Shown here in pieces: positions 1-12,317 of a DNA stretch of 64,000 nt (its first letter is position 1; every line of letters begins with the position of its first letter). Below the pieces are notes generated by a model that was not told the origin of the DNA, ran no database searches, and saw only the letters and a program-made list of their open reading frames with translations. This DNA comes from Phoronis australis (Eukaryota; Animalia; Phoronida): NCBI GenBank assembly GCA_002633005.1, contig NMRA01000324.1:376624-440623 (forward strand), written 5' to 3'. The translations under genes and the position numbers were made by a program.

Positions 1-1000
1 CTTCTTCACTATGAGGTTAAGTATTGTCAGATTCCAAAAATGCATGAACTTACTTGTGTAATGCCTATTTTCCAATTAAAGAAAATATTTGGAACGTTTT
101 TACCCCCTTCAATCCGTCTTACACTCCACCTGATAATACGACCTATTAACTAATTTTGCTTTAGCTCGGTTAATCAATTAGTTTCTGTCCATTAGTTCCC
201 AATCAAGGCTTATACGTTTTCCAACAAGCTTATTTCTTCGCTACGTTGCTGTTCAGATCAACCACTTGCTTTTTAAGTAGCAAATGGAATTGTTTTGCTT
301 TGAATCTTCATCAACAACGTTTCAAGGAAAAGTTGATCACTTACAGACAATTGTAAATCTGATTTGTTTGAAGTAGGCTTATCGACTGTCTGATTGTCGC
401 TAGTCATGTGCTGTTGCTTAACTAATTGAAAAGTAACCGTGACCGCAACACTATGCTCAGATTTTTTTAAGATAAAGTTATTAAGCTTCCAAAATGATTT
501 CGTCCTTCTGGAGAGAGCACTTTAAAAAACCGCCACCATTGGAAGATGATACCGGTAACCAAATTTTATTATGGAGCCATATCATAAATATGGGCTAAAA
601 GGATTTCAGAATTACGAAAACACTCTAGTGTGGACCGTTTACTTCCAGCTTCGCAAGGGTATTCTTTACTATTGGAGTTAAATTCCCTGCAAACATCAGC
701 AATGAAAAACTGTGAAAAAATCTCCCTAACCTTAATCCGTGACTTTGGGTTGTTAACTTGTCCATAATTAAGCGGGACATTTGACTGAACGAGAACAAGA
801 TTAAAATGACCTGCTCAAATAAAAAAATGATTTTCTATAAATGGAACATCTTGTTTTATTTTTCCAAAACAGGACGAGTCCCTCTATAGAAAACACGTAC
901 TGATGGATGTCTTTCTTGTCTCATTATTAGTAATATCAAAAATTATTTTATTACCAACGTAGTCTTGTTTATGTCATGTAGTTTATTGCGGACAAAAAAA
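1..1000 (-). mobile_element. Degenerate L1/Tx1-type LINE ORF2 fragment (endonuclease C-terminus and EN-RT linker), running off the window start
   Basis: Minus-strand translation across frameshifts gives ADVCREFNSNSKEY, SFWKLNN, DQLFLETLLMKI and IEGGK...FNLENRHY. These resemble the Tx1 motifs DIWRxxNP, GFWKFNNS, QLFWETLKxxI and EGEKxxKYFFNLE. The upper boundary is approximate. Confidence 0.7.
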
Positions 1001-1154
1001 TAACAAGAATAATAAATATTTTAAGTTGTATTGGGAATTTCAGGGTCACAGCTCTGCAAAAAAATATTTCACAGAAGGAACCAGATAGGTTCCTTAATTA
1101 CAAGAGATAACACACACATTTCCGATACCCAAAGTGTAACTGAGTATCGGATAC

Positions 1155-1340
1155 TAAGTGGCACAGGTTAGCATAGTACCAAATGGGTACATAATACCAA
1201 ATGGGTATTGGCCGATTGCCTACCAACTGGGTCGAGCAAAGCGGCAAATTCAATAACAAGTACCAAGTGGGTACAAAATGCCAAATGGGCAAATATCATA
1301 TAAAGTACCAAGTGGGTACACCAAACAGCCAACTGGGCTA
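1155..1340. repeat. Cluster of short imperfect repeats TACCAA(A/G/C)TGGGTA, possibly subterminal repeats of a DNA transposon
   Basis: About 7 irregularly spaced variants, e.g. taccaaatgggtac at 1177 and taccaagtgggtac at 1261 and 1306. Small hairpins lie just upstream at 1075-1095 and 1121-1151. Confidence 0.6.
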
Positions 1341-2289
1341 TAACAACCTGCAAAGCAGGTTCCGGACAAGCTGAGTGAGCAGACCAGCCCGAGTGATAAA
1401 TAGAGATATTGTAAGGAACGTGGTGTTGTGGCTCAGTATGTGCCACATGGGCAGGGTTGTTCATGGATGAACAATCCTGTCCACCGCCACAACTCACGTG
1501 GGGGCCGCGACCCTGGTAGGGGAGTGACAGGGGGTGGGAGAAAAAAGTAGTCACAAGCAATGAGAAAATGACTAATACCGGTCCCGGATTTGACTCCATA
1601 TTCATTGAAGCTGCCCCCCCCGCCGGGATGCAGGCACGGTGTTAGACTTGGGGCACGGCACACGAGAACAGATTGGATACCTCACGGTGAATAGTACTGC
1701 TCCCGCCAAGTTCGAAGCCCAGCCAAACCCTGGTCGTCGAGAGAAAGTTGTGATTGCTGCACATTACAGGCACCTCTACTGACCCCATACCACACTCACC
1801 TAGCAGACACTACTATGCCTTAACTACAAGGGAAATTGCACCACATAACGGTGCAAGCACAAACCTAACTGGAGGACCTGCGGTGGTTCCCACCCGATCA
1901 TCGCATGGCACAGGACCACCCTACACTCCCGGCCGGGCTTTCCCCGGGTCCAAGCCGCCCCCAAAGGTCAACTAATCCTCACTCATATCGCGGCAAATCC
2001 TAGCGAAATTCAGCCGGTTTAGGGCACACTTTAGTACCCCAAATTTAATGCCCCCAATTATTACGAATCTAATGCATCATGTACATGTATGAGCTAGGGT
2101 AGAGCAGCCGAAGAGAACTGACGTTCAGGTTCCTATGTGCGAAGGTGTTGGTATTGCGGTGTAGCAATTAACTTGCGTACCAGAAGAGGTAAGCGTTGTG
2201 ACAATGGCTGGGGAGTGACCTCGCACGGAAGCATGTGCTGTTAGGGAAGCTCGCTGCAAAATTGTACTGAGAACAGAAAGATTGTAGAT

Positions 2290-2660
2290 TTCTTTTTATA
2301 CAACATTTTTATTTAGTTTTTTTATATTTTCATTTGTGTTTTTTTTTTAATATTTTATGTAAATTTTAAAATATATATTTTTTGTTTAGTTATTTTTTTA
2401 AATGTTTTACTTTTTAAATATATATTTTTTATTAGTTTTTATATTTGTTATTTTTTAAATAGTTTGATTTGTTTTTATTCTTTATTCCTTATATTTTCAT
2501 TTGTGTGTTTTTTAATATTTTATGTAAATTTTAAAATATTTTATTATTTTTTTAATATTATTTTACTTTTTTAAATATATATTTTTATTTAGTTTTTATA
2601 TTTGTTATTTAGTTTTTTTAATAGTTTTATTTGTTTTTATTTTTTGTTATTTTTATATAA
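2290..2660. repeat. T/A-rich low-complexity tract with an internal duplication
   Basis: Almost only T/A. The segment atattttcatttgtg...taatattttatgtaaattttaaaatat occurs twice (~2324 and ~2491). Confidence 0.85.
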
Positions 2661-2679
2661 GTTAGAAAAGAAGTAATGG

Positions 2680-4790
2680 TGCAGGAAAGGTAAAGGACCA
2701 TGAGCATGGGAGATGTCATTTCATATAAAGATTATGAACAGATCTAAAATCATTATTCAAACAGTCCTATTTATTAGCTGATGCTTTAAAGATGAAAACT
2801 GACCGATTGATAAAAATCATTAATTAAAACCATGTACCAAGTTATCTGCCACAGACAGACCTTCATACGGAAACTTGTATGTCTACTATATGTCTAAGAG
2901 AAATAAAATATCTATAAAAATCCTACAGAACACAGTTATACGAGAGAGGAGAGAGCAGCAGGCTCTCAGGAATATTGATACCCCGAGTCGTATAGAATAG
3001 ACAACATCAAGTACACAAATCAGGAAGCAACTTGGTCTACAAAATATGATTGGCAGTAACGGCCTAGCACCCTATCATTGTGTTCAACGAATATCCTAGA
3101 GCTAAGCAAAAGGACAAATAACATTTGTGCTGTCCATGTCAGGAAAAGATGGTCACAACTAGTTAGGAAATACAATTAAGCCTAGGGTTCTGGTATCATG
3201 AAAATTTAGTCTAGAAAGTTACATTGCTGGCACCAGTTCATCAGCACTATGCAGCAAGTTATTATGTAATTACATCAGAGTGAAACCACAGGCTGGTTAG
3301 GCACATTTGCTTGAAATATATGTTAACAAAATGGAAGATTACAAGATTTTGAAATCGTAAATTAAAAATCTTGTGTTAAAATATGTCAGACATTACTGGT
3401 AATCGGATATGATTTATACGCCTAAACGGGCAGATGTAACCCACTAGTGTGAGTGACGCATTTTCAAAAACTTGGCGCAATGACATGGATACTGTTTAGG
3501 CCTACTAATAGCCCGGGTGTAGTGGATCCTGGGTTGCAGATGAAAACGACCCTACTTCAGCGGATAAGGACAACTGTTAGAGTGACTGGCTTAGACCTAA
3601 TTACACCGAAATGAACTAGTATATACGAAAATCGTAAAATTAAAGGAAACAGCTTAAGCCGGTCATGCCCTCACTCAGGAGGCACACGATTTTGTATGAC
3701 TAAACTATACGCGCCTGGGCAGTGGACAACTTAGCAAGCATGTGAGACGTGATCTCATCGATCATAACGTCCCCCTATCTGCCACTAGAGTAGCCGACTA
3801 TTCGAAAATCGTCCTGGTGGGAAATACCCGACCACGATGCTAGACGAAAAGAAAAGTTGACGTATTACCGAAACTTAAGCGCGGTTGGAATAGGTTTAAA
3901 TTATGCCGAGAGAACGAAATGTGAAGTATTATGTGATAGCAATTGACACGAGTGTTTTAAAATGTTTAGCACATTTTGTTGTTATTATTTTTATTTTATT
4001 AGTTTATTTTTCAATTATTATTTGTTTAATTTGTAGCAATGTTTTAGTGTACGTTTTAGTTTGTTTATTAGTTGTATTATATGTTGGTTTTTTAAATTTT
4101 TTTTATTGATTTTTTTCGTGCGTCGGTAAAGTATACATATTTTTTAAGTGTTGTTCGGAAGGAAGTATGGCGATCAAAAGCGTAGATAAACATGGTAGGG
4201 CTAGGGCCGGTGACGAAGTACTTGAAAAGGCCTAACAAACAACATATCCAAGGGTGAGTACAGTATCTCCGTATCTTTCATGGAAAGTCGAATAAAATGC
4301 CAACAGTGACATCCAAAGTTTTGTATTATTATTATTATTATTATTTATTATTATAATTATTTCTGTACTTTTTTATTATTTTTTGTTATTATTTATTATT
4401 ACTTTTTGTTTTTTATTATTATTTTTTATTATTGTTTTGTTTTACTTAGTACCTAAATTTTATTACTATTATTTTACCAACCAAAGTGGTTGCGCGCTAT
4501 ATGAGGGCACTTCCATGTGTTAGACGCGGCACTTTCGAGCTTTACCGCACCGGGCTTCAGGGCGATATGGGATAGATTCCCATCTAGATCTTAACCATTG
4601 TAAATCCCATCTGTTTACATCAATAATACCTCCAGTCCTGTTGGAATAGTACCAAGTCTAGTGTTATATAATTCCAGTATCCGCCATGTACCCAAACCAT
4701 AAATACGTCTGGAGACGAGGTCACACACTCGTCAAACCGCTGGCATTCTAGCTCGTTCTACATGGGTATCCAGACCCCAACTGTGCTTCA
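2680..4790 (+). mobile_element. Highly decayed Penelope-like element (RT + GIY-YIG remnants, 3' pLTR-like end)
   Basis: Ordered plus-strand remnants: LFIS*CFKD, LESYIAGT, RPTNSPGVV (cf. PADKG), DPTS, TRFCMTKLY (cf. PRFYGLPKIH), VLKCLAHF, VSPYL, RTGLQGD (cf. TGH) and SVYINN..VG (cf. AIYI..LN..G). A hammerhead-like segment follows at 4709-4737. Each motif is weak alone; the order is the main evidence. Confidence 0.5.
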
Positions 4791-4799
4791 CTCCTTGTT

Positions 4800-5197
4800 C
4801 AAGGCTTAAAATAGCTAGTGTCACGCACTATCGTCACGCGCTTCGCTCTGTCTCGCGCTAGCCTTTAACTAACGCGCGTGACTCAGTGGACATACTTTCG
4901 GTTGTGGCGCGCGCGGTGAAAAAGTCAACGGGAACCAAAAAAGTGGAGTTGAAATTCTTCGGCAAAATCACCCCAATCTCATAACTAAGCTTCATGGAAG
5001 ATTTGTATAGAAGTAAAATAAATGGATCCATGAAGAAATGAAGCGTTTTTTTAAGTGATAGTTTTCAGTGTGGAATGTATTTTTGACGAGGTTAAACTCA
5101 AAATTAGTGGCCGGATTTGGCCAGACGAAATGGTACAGAAAGTGATGAGAAGTATTCTAGCCCCCAACCGGCCAACCGAGGGGCTACGCGTTGACTA
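4800..5197 (+). mobile_element. 5'-truncated copy of the ~700-bp TAG...CTA non-autonomous DNA element also found at 21825-30627
   Basis: Collinear with 22130-22283 joined to 30388-30627, so it shows the empty site for the Kolobok. It has the same terminal hairpin TAGCCCC..GGGGCTA and ends GTTGACTA. Confidence 0.75.
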
Positions 5198-6329
5198 GCC
5201 CCTGACCTACGAGCCCCGTTGATAACCTTTATACCTCGCCGCCGGGTGATTGTCACACGATATCTCACTTATACCCAGGGAAGTGGTGAAATGGCGAGGA
5301 ATTGGTTTGGGTTTGAGGGATCATTAAAATCGAAAGAAATCGGCCGTTAGAAAAGCCATCTGTGGCTACAAATAATAAATAAGGGATGTATCGTTTGTCC
5401 AGGACAATTAACGACGAACGGAAGTCTACTAGTTATAAACTTGTCTAATTAGGAAAACTTACGAGTGAATGTACTGTTGCTTGAGGCTGGGCCAACAGGA
5501 AGCTGGAGAGAAAGAACAAACAGCGCAACCATCGGACTTGGTAGGAACTAACCAGCATTTTGATATGAAGCATGAAGGGCTCTATAATGGTATTTGCCCA
5601 AATAATAGGATTTATGTCAGAGTGCCATCAATCTCATAATTCTCCAAAATGTTCTTAATTAGGTATGCACTCCTTCGAATTGACGTATTTGCATTGGGAA
5701 AACATTAATATCCCCATATTGATCTAATTTTGTTTCTGTTCTCTCACAATAGCGTGTATCCCGTAGGCAATAAATAGGGTACTGTTTATTCTAATAAATA
5801 ATTGAGACCATCCTTTCGTTTTTTATGTAAACCCAGTCATCTGCAATCCGATGATTATAACAGCTACGCACATTTACCAAACTACAGTCAAATATTAAGA
5901 AAGCATCATAGTACAATCCTGACCCATTCACACCACAGACACACAAAACAGAACAAAAACAATACAATCATATCTACAGGCACGTCACGCTTGTAGATTT
6001 CGCAGAGTGCAACATCAATGTGAAATACGATGTAACGCAGGATAGAAAGCGGCCGTCTTCTAACTTAGATAAAAACAATGAGAACGAAATCGATCATTAG
6101 CCCAAAAAACACTTATATTAGCTCCACTTCAACCACTGAAAACAAAAAGCTGCGATCCTGCTTTATGTCACGATATGACGCGGTAAATATCTTGCCGGTA
6201 GTTAGTTGAAACAACGCAAATTGATTTGGATATGAGAATGAGTATATTGACTAAATGTTTAATTTATCCCGAAGTAAAGATTGTAAAAATTCGCAAATAG
6301 TTTGATCTAACCAGTCCGTTATCACGTTT

Positions 6330-6850
6330 TCCCTTTTGTGTCGTCGTCCTTGGATCCAGTGTTACAATGGTTGTCTGTCACGAGTCTTTCTTCTCTTAAT
6401 TTTTGCAATCCAGTTTTCCAAGCAGTCTCCACTTGATGAGATGCTTCGGAACAATCTCGAAGTTCAGACCTTTGAAAATCAGATAAATTATGTTAACATT
6501 CATTACATCAAATTCTAGATATAATGAATCCCCTTGAAATTCAGCCCATCGAATTTCTACATGGTTTTGTCGGACAGAAATTCACTCCGTTGAATCTTTA
6601 GTACTTAGTTATATTTCTGAGCAAGCCAGTAGTATCTCTTCAAGAATATGTGCGATACCTGTAGAGCAATCTGGTTTCCTCTCGTCAAGAAATATACTTC
6701 TTGTGTAGCTAACCGAACACATATACTCAAACAGAATAATGGTGGGCGAGTGAGACCAAAACATAAAACCTACAAACTTCCTCAAAATGCTGCTCGTACA
6801 TGTTGTTCCAAAATACTTCTCAGAGCAAAATCGTAAGATTCAACTATTAA
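6330..6850 (-). mobile_element. Possible second Penelope-like N-terminal fragment
   Basis: Minus strand reads KGLNFEIVPK and, in an adjacent frame, VETAW. TTCTSSILRKF lies upstream. These resemble the PLE motifs KGLNFxxxP and C...PKF. Confidence 0.3.
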
Positions 6851-8375
6851 CTCAAGCTATTACCGAATATGGTAACTGACAGTTAAAGCGTTTTGTAGCT
6901 TCTGATGAAAAATAAGAGTATTGTTGTTGCCCGGAATGCCTCGCCCCAAAATTCACCAGTTCCGATGAATTTAAACTTTCATAACTCTGCTAGAATAACA
7001 TAAACAAATGGTCAAAGACACGTATGCTGATTCATTTCCTTTACACTCATAGGAGGCAAAAAATTGTCAGCCAAACATTTAGTTTATTACACAACAACCA
7101 CTATATACTTATAATAAAACTGATCATAAAATATCATTCTCATGCACATAGTTAACCCAAGTTGTATTTTGTCTATATCATAATCTAAATGACATTAAAG
7201 TTAAGTAAATAACATGTCTATCCTACATAATATTTTTTGCAACAAACTATTTGATATTTTGTAAAACATTGTCCACGCCACTGAGTGGGATTAGTTTTAC
7301 AAGAAAATAAACTTGAGTTTTAAAAAGTTCAATATTCAAGATACAACGTATGACTATTTCTCGCAGACAGAGAGTGCATTTTCTTGATATATAGGAGATG
7401 TGTTGGTAGCCACGTAATTAATCACTCATGGTTTCATTCGTGTCGTTGTCATAAGTTGAAGTTCACAAATTTTAGATTTTACAAAAAACGAGGAAAAAAA
7501 CTCGCCAGAAATAGTTTTCCCACTTGAATTTCTTCGCAACTCAAGTTTGTTTACATCTGAAAGTGACGTAGTGGGACTCTTGTAGTTTAGGAGGATTGAC
7601 ATGCGACGGAAGTGGCCGGAACGGTGGAGGCGTGTTTAGACTTGTTGGAACCTGGTACCAGACAGGTTGGAATATCTATGGCGGTGGAATAGACTTCTCA
7701 AAGTCAGTGTCCTTAGAGCGGTGCCTTCCGCCTAAAATTACACAATCTTATTCAATTAGCCAATTCCCAGAATACCTGACTTTAATCTTATCCAGAATAA
7801 AATATACAGGATTCAGACTCAATTCAAGGTCAAAATATTCATTGTGCTCTTCAATGTTGGTCAACCTTGTGTTAATTTAACCGCGTTTCAAAGTTAAGGG
7901 TAATCCCAGATAGCTTACTTCAGAAGAAGCTTAACATTTGCTTACTTTCTGAGGAACACTTGTATCGATATTTGAGAGCATACCTGACCCGTAGCCAGCG
8001 TTGCGCGGGGCTGCTTCAAATTTCTAGACAGGTGGACCTTTTTCAAACGCCGACACTCGAGTTTTTTGGTAAGGCGCTTGAAGCTTAATTTTGGGGAAGG
8101 AAAATCTGTATCAACGGCAACGATTGCTCTCAGCTCTACGTTCCTCAGATAATATGAGGATGTAGTGGTGGTTCCATGCAAAAAGCGGGACTTAAATTCG
8201 AACGCAATTGGACCCATTAGTGTAGGCCTAACGTTCTCGCGTTACCTCTTGCCAAACTTTCAAATCGGGCTCTTTAAATGAGTAATTGCAACTCGTTACA
8301 TATTCGGACGGTGACTTTTATTCGGAAAATGACTTCACATAACTTTTCATGTGATTGTATTTTGTTAACATCGCT

Positions 8376-9202
8376 GGAAATGGGAACAGCCCACTATACT
8401 GAAGATTCACTATTCCGAATGTTCACTACTTCGAAGGTTCACCATTCCAAAGATTCACTACTATGAAAATATCTAAAAATTCTGACTCAGGTGTAACTCT
8501 TATACTTTTACATGCAAAAAGGCGATTCTTCGGTAATTAGATGCAATTACCGAAAGCAACACACCCGGCTAATAAATCTCATTGTTAGGTTTTGTGTGCA
8601 TGTGAAGTTGTCCGCATGTCTTACATATATGAAAAAATAGTACTTGCTTGTATTTCTAAAAGCATATGAAGTAGGAATGTTTATGAATTATGAACAAGAA
8701 TACATTCAACAGTCTAATATCAAGATCGCATCATTTTAGAGCGCGACACAAATGTTTAGGGCCGCTGGACATCAACTTCGCCCACAGGAACTACTCGCAC
8801 GGCCGGGTCGAAACTAAATGTAGTTATTAGGTTACCCTGTCCCTGCCAAACTTCACAAAGTGTCATTCAGTCTTCTTGAATTTAAAACCGCCATTAGTCG
8901 CCACATCTCGTACCCGTGCCCAAGATGATGTTCCAAATTGCGAACGAGTCTTTAGTTCGATTCAAGAACCACTTTTGTAAACAATGTAAATCAAGTTTTT
9001 GGGACTATTTAACTCTTGCACACCCTTGGAATGGTTACTAAATGGACAAAAATACAACACTTTAATCATGTCAGTTCTGAATCATGAGCAGAAAATCAAA
9101 GTAATGAACTGTCGGTAGTCTGGTTTCAGAATTGTGGACATTTGATGTAGCGAACTTCCGAAAGTAACGAACCTTCGGAGTAGTGGACCTTCCATGTAAC
9201 CT
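8376..9202. mobile_element. Non-autonomous DNA transposon remnant with inverted ends built from ~15-bp subrepeats
   Basis: About 5 tandem (CACTATTCCGAAGGTT)-like units at 8392-8462. Reverse-complement units GAACCTTCGGAGTAGTG lie at 9147-9195. Confidence 0.55.
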
Positions 9203-9479
9203 TCTAGGGGAATCTTTTCCTTCACAATGGTTGCTCGTATGAAACCTGTGAAGCTATGCACCATTGACATTGATCGACAACGTAAGACTTTCTTCATTGG
9301 CCAAAGTTTTAATTAGGTCTAGACGTGACTAATAATATGAACATTCGGGGATTTCACAGTGCAGAAAACGCGGTAGCTAAATGTCCGATTTTTTGAGAAA
9401 CGACAAAGTAGTCAGTGAACTTATCGTCGGCGTGTACTGAATTTTAAAAAAGCATTTCATTGTTACTTCTTAAATTTAT

Positions 9480-10388
9480 ATTCTGCCATCTGGTCAACTC
9501 TCTGTGTCCCCTCATGTTTCAAATACACATTTCCAATCTTCCCATTTTTTGTTTCATTAAATTTCCGTGCGTTTAACGAAGTACTAACTTCTACATTAAA
9601 ACACTCATCCTAAATTACGTTTGACGTTAGAAAATTTCCTTTTAAAAATGAAAATTTTGTTTGTAAAAGAAACCATTTCAAAATTGTATTTTTTTCATGG
9701 TGGTTTTGTCTATTTCAAAATTTACTTGCATTGCAGTCGTTAACTAGAGACGTACCCCGTGCCAGAAAGAATTAACATATTCACATTCAAAGAATAAATG
9801 TTCTAGAGTTTCAGGAAAGCATTTACAAAAAGTAGAAGCATCTGAGTCCACGTATCCAATCTTATTTAAAAAGTAGTTAGTAGGTAGAATTCTATGCAGT
9901 AAGCGGAACTGAAAGAAAAGTAAGGATGTTGTTAAAAGAATCTTCTAATCTATGAATTTTTAAAGACATACTAAATTTTTTGACATCACTCATCATCAAT
10001 CCACCCTCTTCTATGGATTTAAAGAGTACTCCTGTTTTTATTTTATCAGGTTTTCCGTCCAAAATGAATTTAAAAAACAAAGTTTCAATATCAATAAAAG
10101 TAGTATCATTGGGACTTGGGAGCAGCATTAGCAGATGTACAATTTTGGAAGAACAAGTGTTTTTAATACTATGACCTTTCCAATAATAGTCAGCTTTCTA
10201 TGAGACCATGTATTAATCGGACTCTTCATTTCCATTATTTTTGCATCAAAGTTATCTTTGGACATGGTATCCAAGTTCACGCTGAAATTAATACCCAGAA
10301 GCTTAAAATCAACGTCACCCCATTTTAGTTTCCAACGCGTGCGGTGAAACACGTCTTGAGAGAATTTTCTAGTTCCAATCAACGATAC
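9480..10388 (-). mobile_element. L1/Tx1 LINE 3' fragment (RT thumb, internal deletion, zf-RVT)
   Basis: FKLLGINFS..INTWSHRKLTIIGKVIVLKTLVLPKLY; FFKFILDGKPDKIK..EEGGL; then FQFRLLHRILPTNYFL..FCKCFPETLEHLFFECEYVNSFW (zf-RVT). Confidence 0.9.
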
Positions 10389-10667
10389 CAAATGTTGGAG
10401 TGCGCCCGTATTGGCAGACTGATATATAATATCACAATAATCAATGTGTGGAAGTACAAAGGATTTGAACAAAACTTCTAAATGTGTAGAATTCAGATGA
10501 CGAGAGACAAGCTTAAGTGGGTTAATTAGTTCCTGAGTTTTTTGTACGAGCTCCCGAACGTGAGGGGTGAATGAGAGTTTTTCATCTAACAGTATACCCA
10601 GATGTCTTTGTAAAAGTACTGGTATCAAATTACGAGATATCACTGATATCAGTCTACGCAAACGCAT
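10389..10667 (-). pseudogene. CR1/L2-type RT C-terminal (thumb) fragment, fused in frame to the Tx1 fragment
   Basis: RHLGILLDEKLSFTPHV..LFKSFVLPHIDYCDIIY is the CR1/L2/Crack-type motif set (HLGxxLDxxLxFxxH; YxSxVxPxLxYC). Confidence 0.85.
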
Positions 10668-10750
10668 TTAATACAAAACATTTCAACGCCGCCTAAAAAT
10701 TAACCCAATTCCGCAGGACTACCTAAATTAAGTAACCATACGCTGTCATT

Positions 10751-11461
10751 TTACTCACAGTTCAAAACCCGTTCCGGCGTTGGCGTCTGGCGCTGACTCT
10801 TCCAAAGACCTTCCACAAACTCGTTTACTTGTTCCATTCGCATCATTTCCTGGTAAGAATCATTCATATCCTTGATGAAGATCTTCCCATCTCTCACGTA
10901 TGCCGACTTAATGTGTCCCTGTTTCACTAATCTGCGACGCTCTGCAAAAATAGCAGCTTTCCTCTTTGTGAGATTTTCATTGATATATATTTTTCGCACG
11001 GAGGCACGCCCTTGATCCATCTGGTTAATCGCAAGTGTCGATCTTTTCTTCAGAAGTTCTGTTCGCTTACGATAACTAGTAAACTCAGCGATGATCGGTC
11101 TAGGTTTATCACTGGCATCTCTCTTCAATGCACCCAGCCTGTGGGTGCGGTCTAATTCAGTTACAGAGAGGTCAACTTCCAATTTCTTGGCTATGTTTAG
11201 GACTAGCTCCCCAGTGTTCTCCCCCTGATTTCCCTCTACACCGTGTATTACCAGGCAGTTTCGTCTACAATATTGGTCGCTGTCGTCTAAACGCTCATCC
11301 AGTTCGCTCACCATTTTATTCAGACTGTTAATTTCGTCCTGTTGTTTCTGTAGCATATCTTTGAACCCCTCGGTTAGATGAAGACAGGCTTCATTGAGAG
11401 TAGGTTCAAACATTTCTATGAACAGTCCCTTTATATCCGAGTCCTGGAGTGCAGAATTCAT
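10751..11461 (-). CDS. LINE ORF1 protein (coiled coil + L1-ORF1/Tnp_22-like RRM + C-terminal domain) of a CR1/L2-type element
   Basis: Stop-free 236-aa ORF with LDDSDQYCRRNCLVIHGV, LDRTHRLG, PRPIIAEF and IYINENLT. A short 5'UTR-like region with AACATGGCG lies on the minus strand near 11525-11533. Confidence 0.9.
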   Translation of the reverse strand: MNSALQDSDIKGLFIEMFEPTLNEACLHLTEGFKDMLQKQQDEINSLNKMVSELDERLDDSDQYCRRNCLVIHGVEGNQGENTGELVLNIAKKLEVDLSVTELDRTHRLGALKRDASDKPRPIIAEFTSYRKRTELLKKRSTLAINQMDQGRASVRKIYINENLTKRKAAIFAERRRLVKQGHIKSAYVRDGKIFIKDMNDSYQEMMRMEQVNEFVEGLWKSQRQTPTPERVLNCE

Positions 11462-11764
11462 GCCATGATTAGGCTTTAGGGCTGATATTTTTGCAGGCTA
11501 TGTTCTCGAATTCTAAAACACACCCGCCATGTTTCGAAGTGCCACCTATCCTAAGAGGATTCTTGATGAATAAGATATTTGACTATCATTTTAATTGGAC
11601 AGTTGAAAATGCTTGCACTTTATCCATACTATGCCAAAATAGCAATTAACAAACCCATTATCGTGTGTTTTGTTTTTGGTCGATTTTATGGCATTAACAC
11701 GGCGCTAATTTTGGGGAGCTCTCTCAATGCTATATGGTTTGGGTTGCACATAGACATTTACTTC

Positions 11765-12317
11765 CTTGCTGGTTCCCTACGTGCCTAGCCAGCACGCAGG
11801 TATCACACAGTGGCACGCGCATTCATTTATGTAACCTCAGGAGTCATTGGTTGGCTTTAAAAGACCGTGAAAAAATGGCGGACTTTGAACGATTTTTAGC
11901 AATTTCATGCAAGAAGCGTCGCAGCAGCTATTCCGTTTCTGCAGTAATGTTTAATAGCCTCGTGCTTGAAGCACACAGATGTATAATAAATACATATCTG
12001 GCCGATTTCACCGGTGTGTTATTAGTTAGCGTTTGGATGCAGGACAGTATCGTAAACAAAAGTCATCGAGAATAAAAAGGTGCACTCCCAAAAGGCGCAA
12101 CCACAATTCCCAGAATTCACATTTCCTGAACATGAATTTTAAGCACCGATTTACATTTCTGTCCATCAGTCATGCCAGTTTGTTTACGTAAAGCGCTGCA
12201 TGTTGAGAATTTGTCTAGTCAATCAGAAACGCCGGTGTATAAAATTTCACGAGGAAAATTAAGTGATACCTGCGTGTTGGCTACCGACTACCCAGCGGCA
12301 TGCTGGGAACCAGAGAG
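11765..12317. mobile_element. Small non-autonomous DNA element with a 10-bp TSD and two nested TIR pairs
   Basis: Direct repeat CATTTACTTC at 11755-11764 and 12318-12327. Outer TIR: CTTGCTGGTTCCCTACGTGCC / GGCATGCTGGGAACCAGAGAG. Inner TIR: TAGCCAGCACGCAGGTATCAC (11786) / GTGATACCTGCGTGTTGGCTA (ends 12283). Confidence 0.75.
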
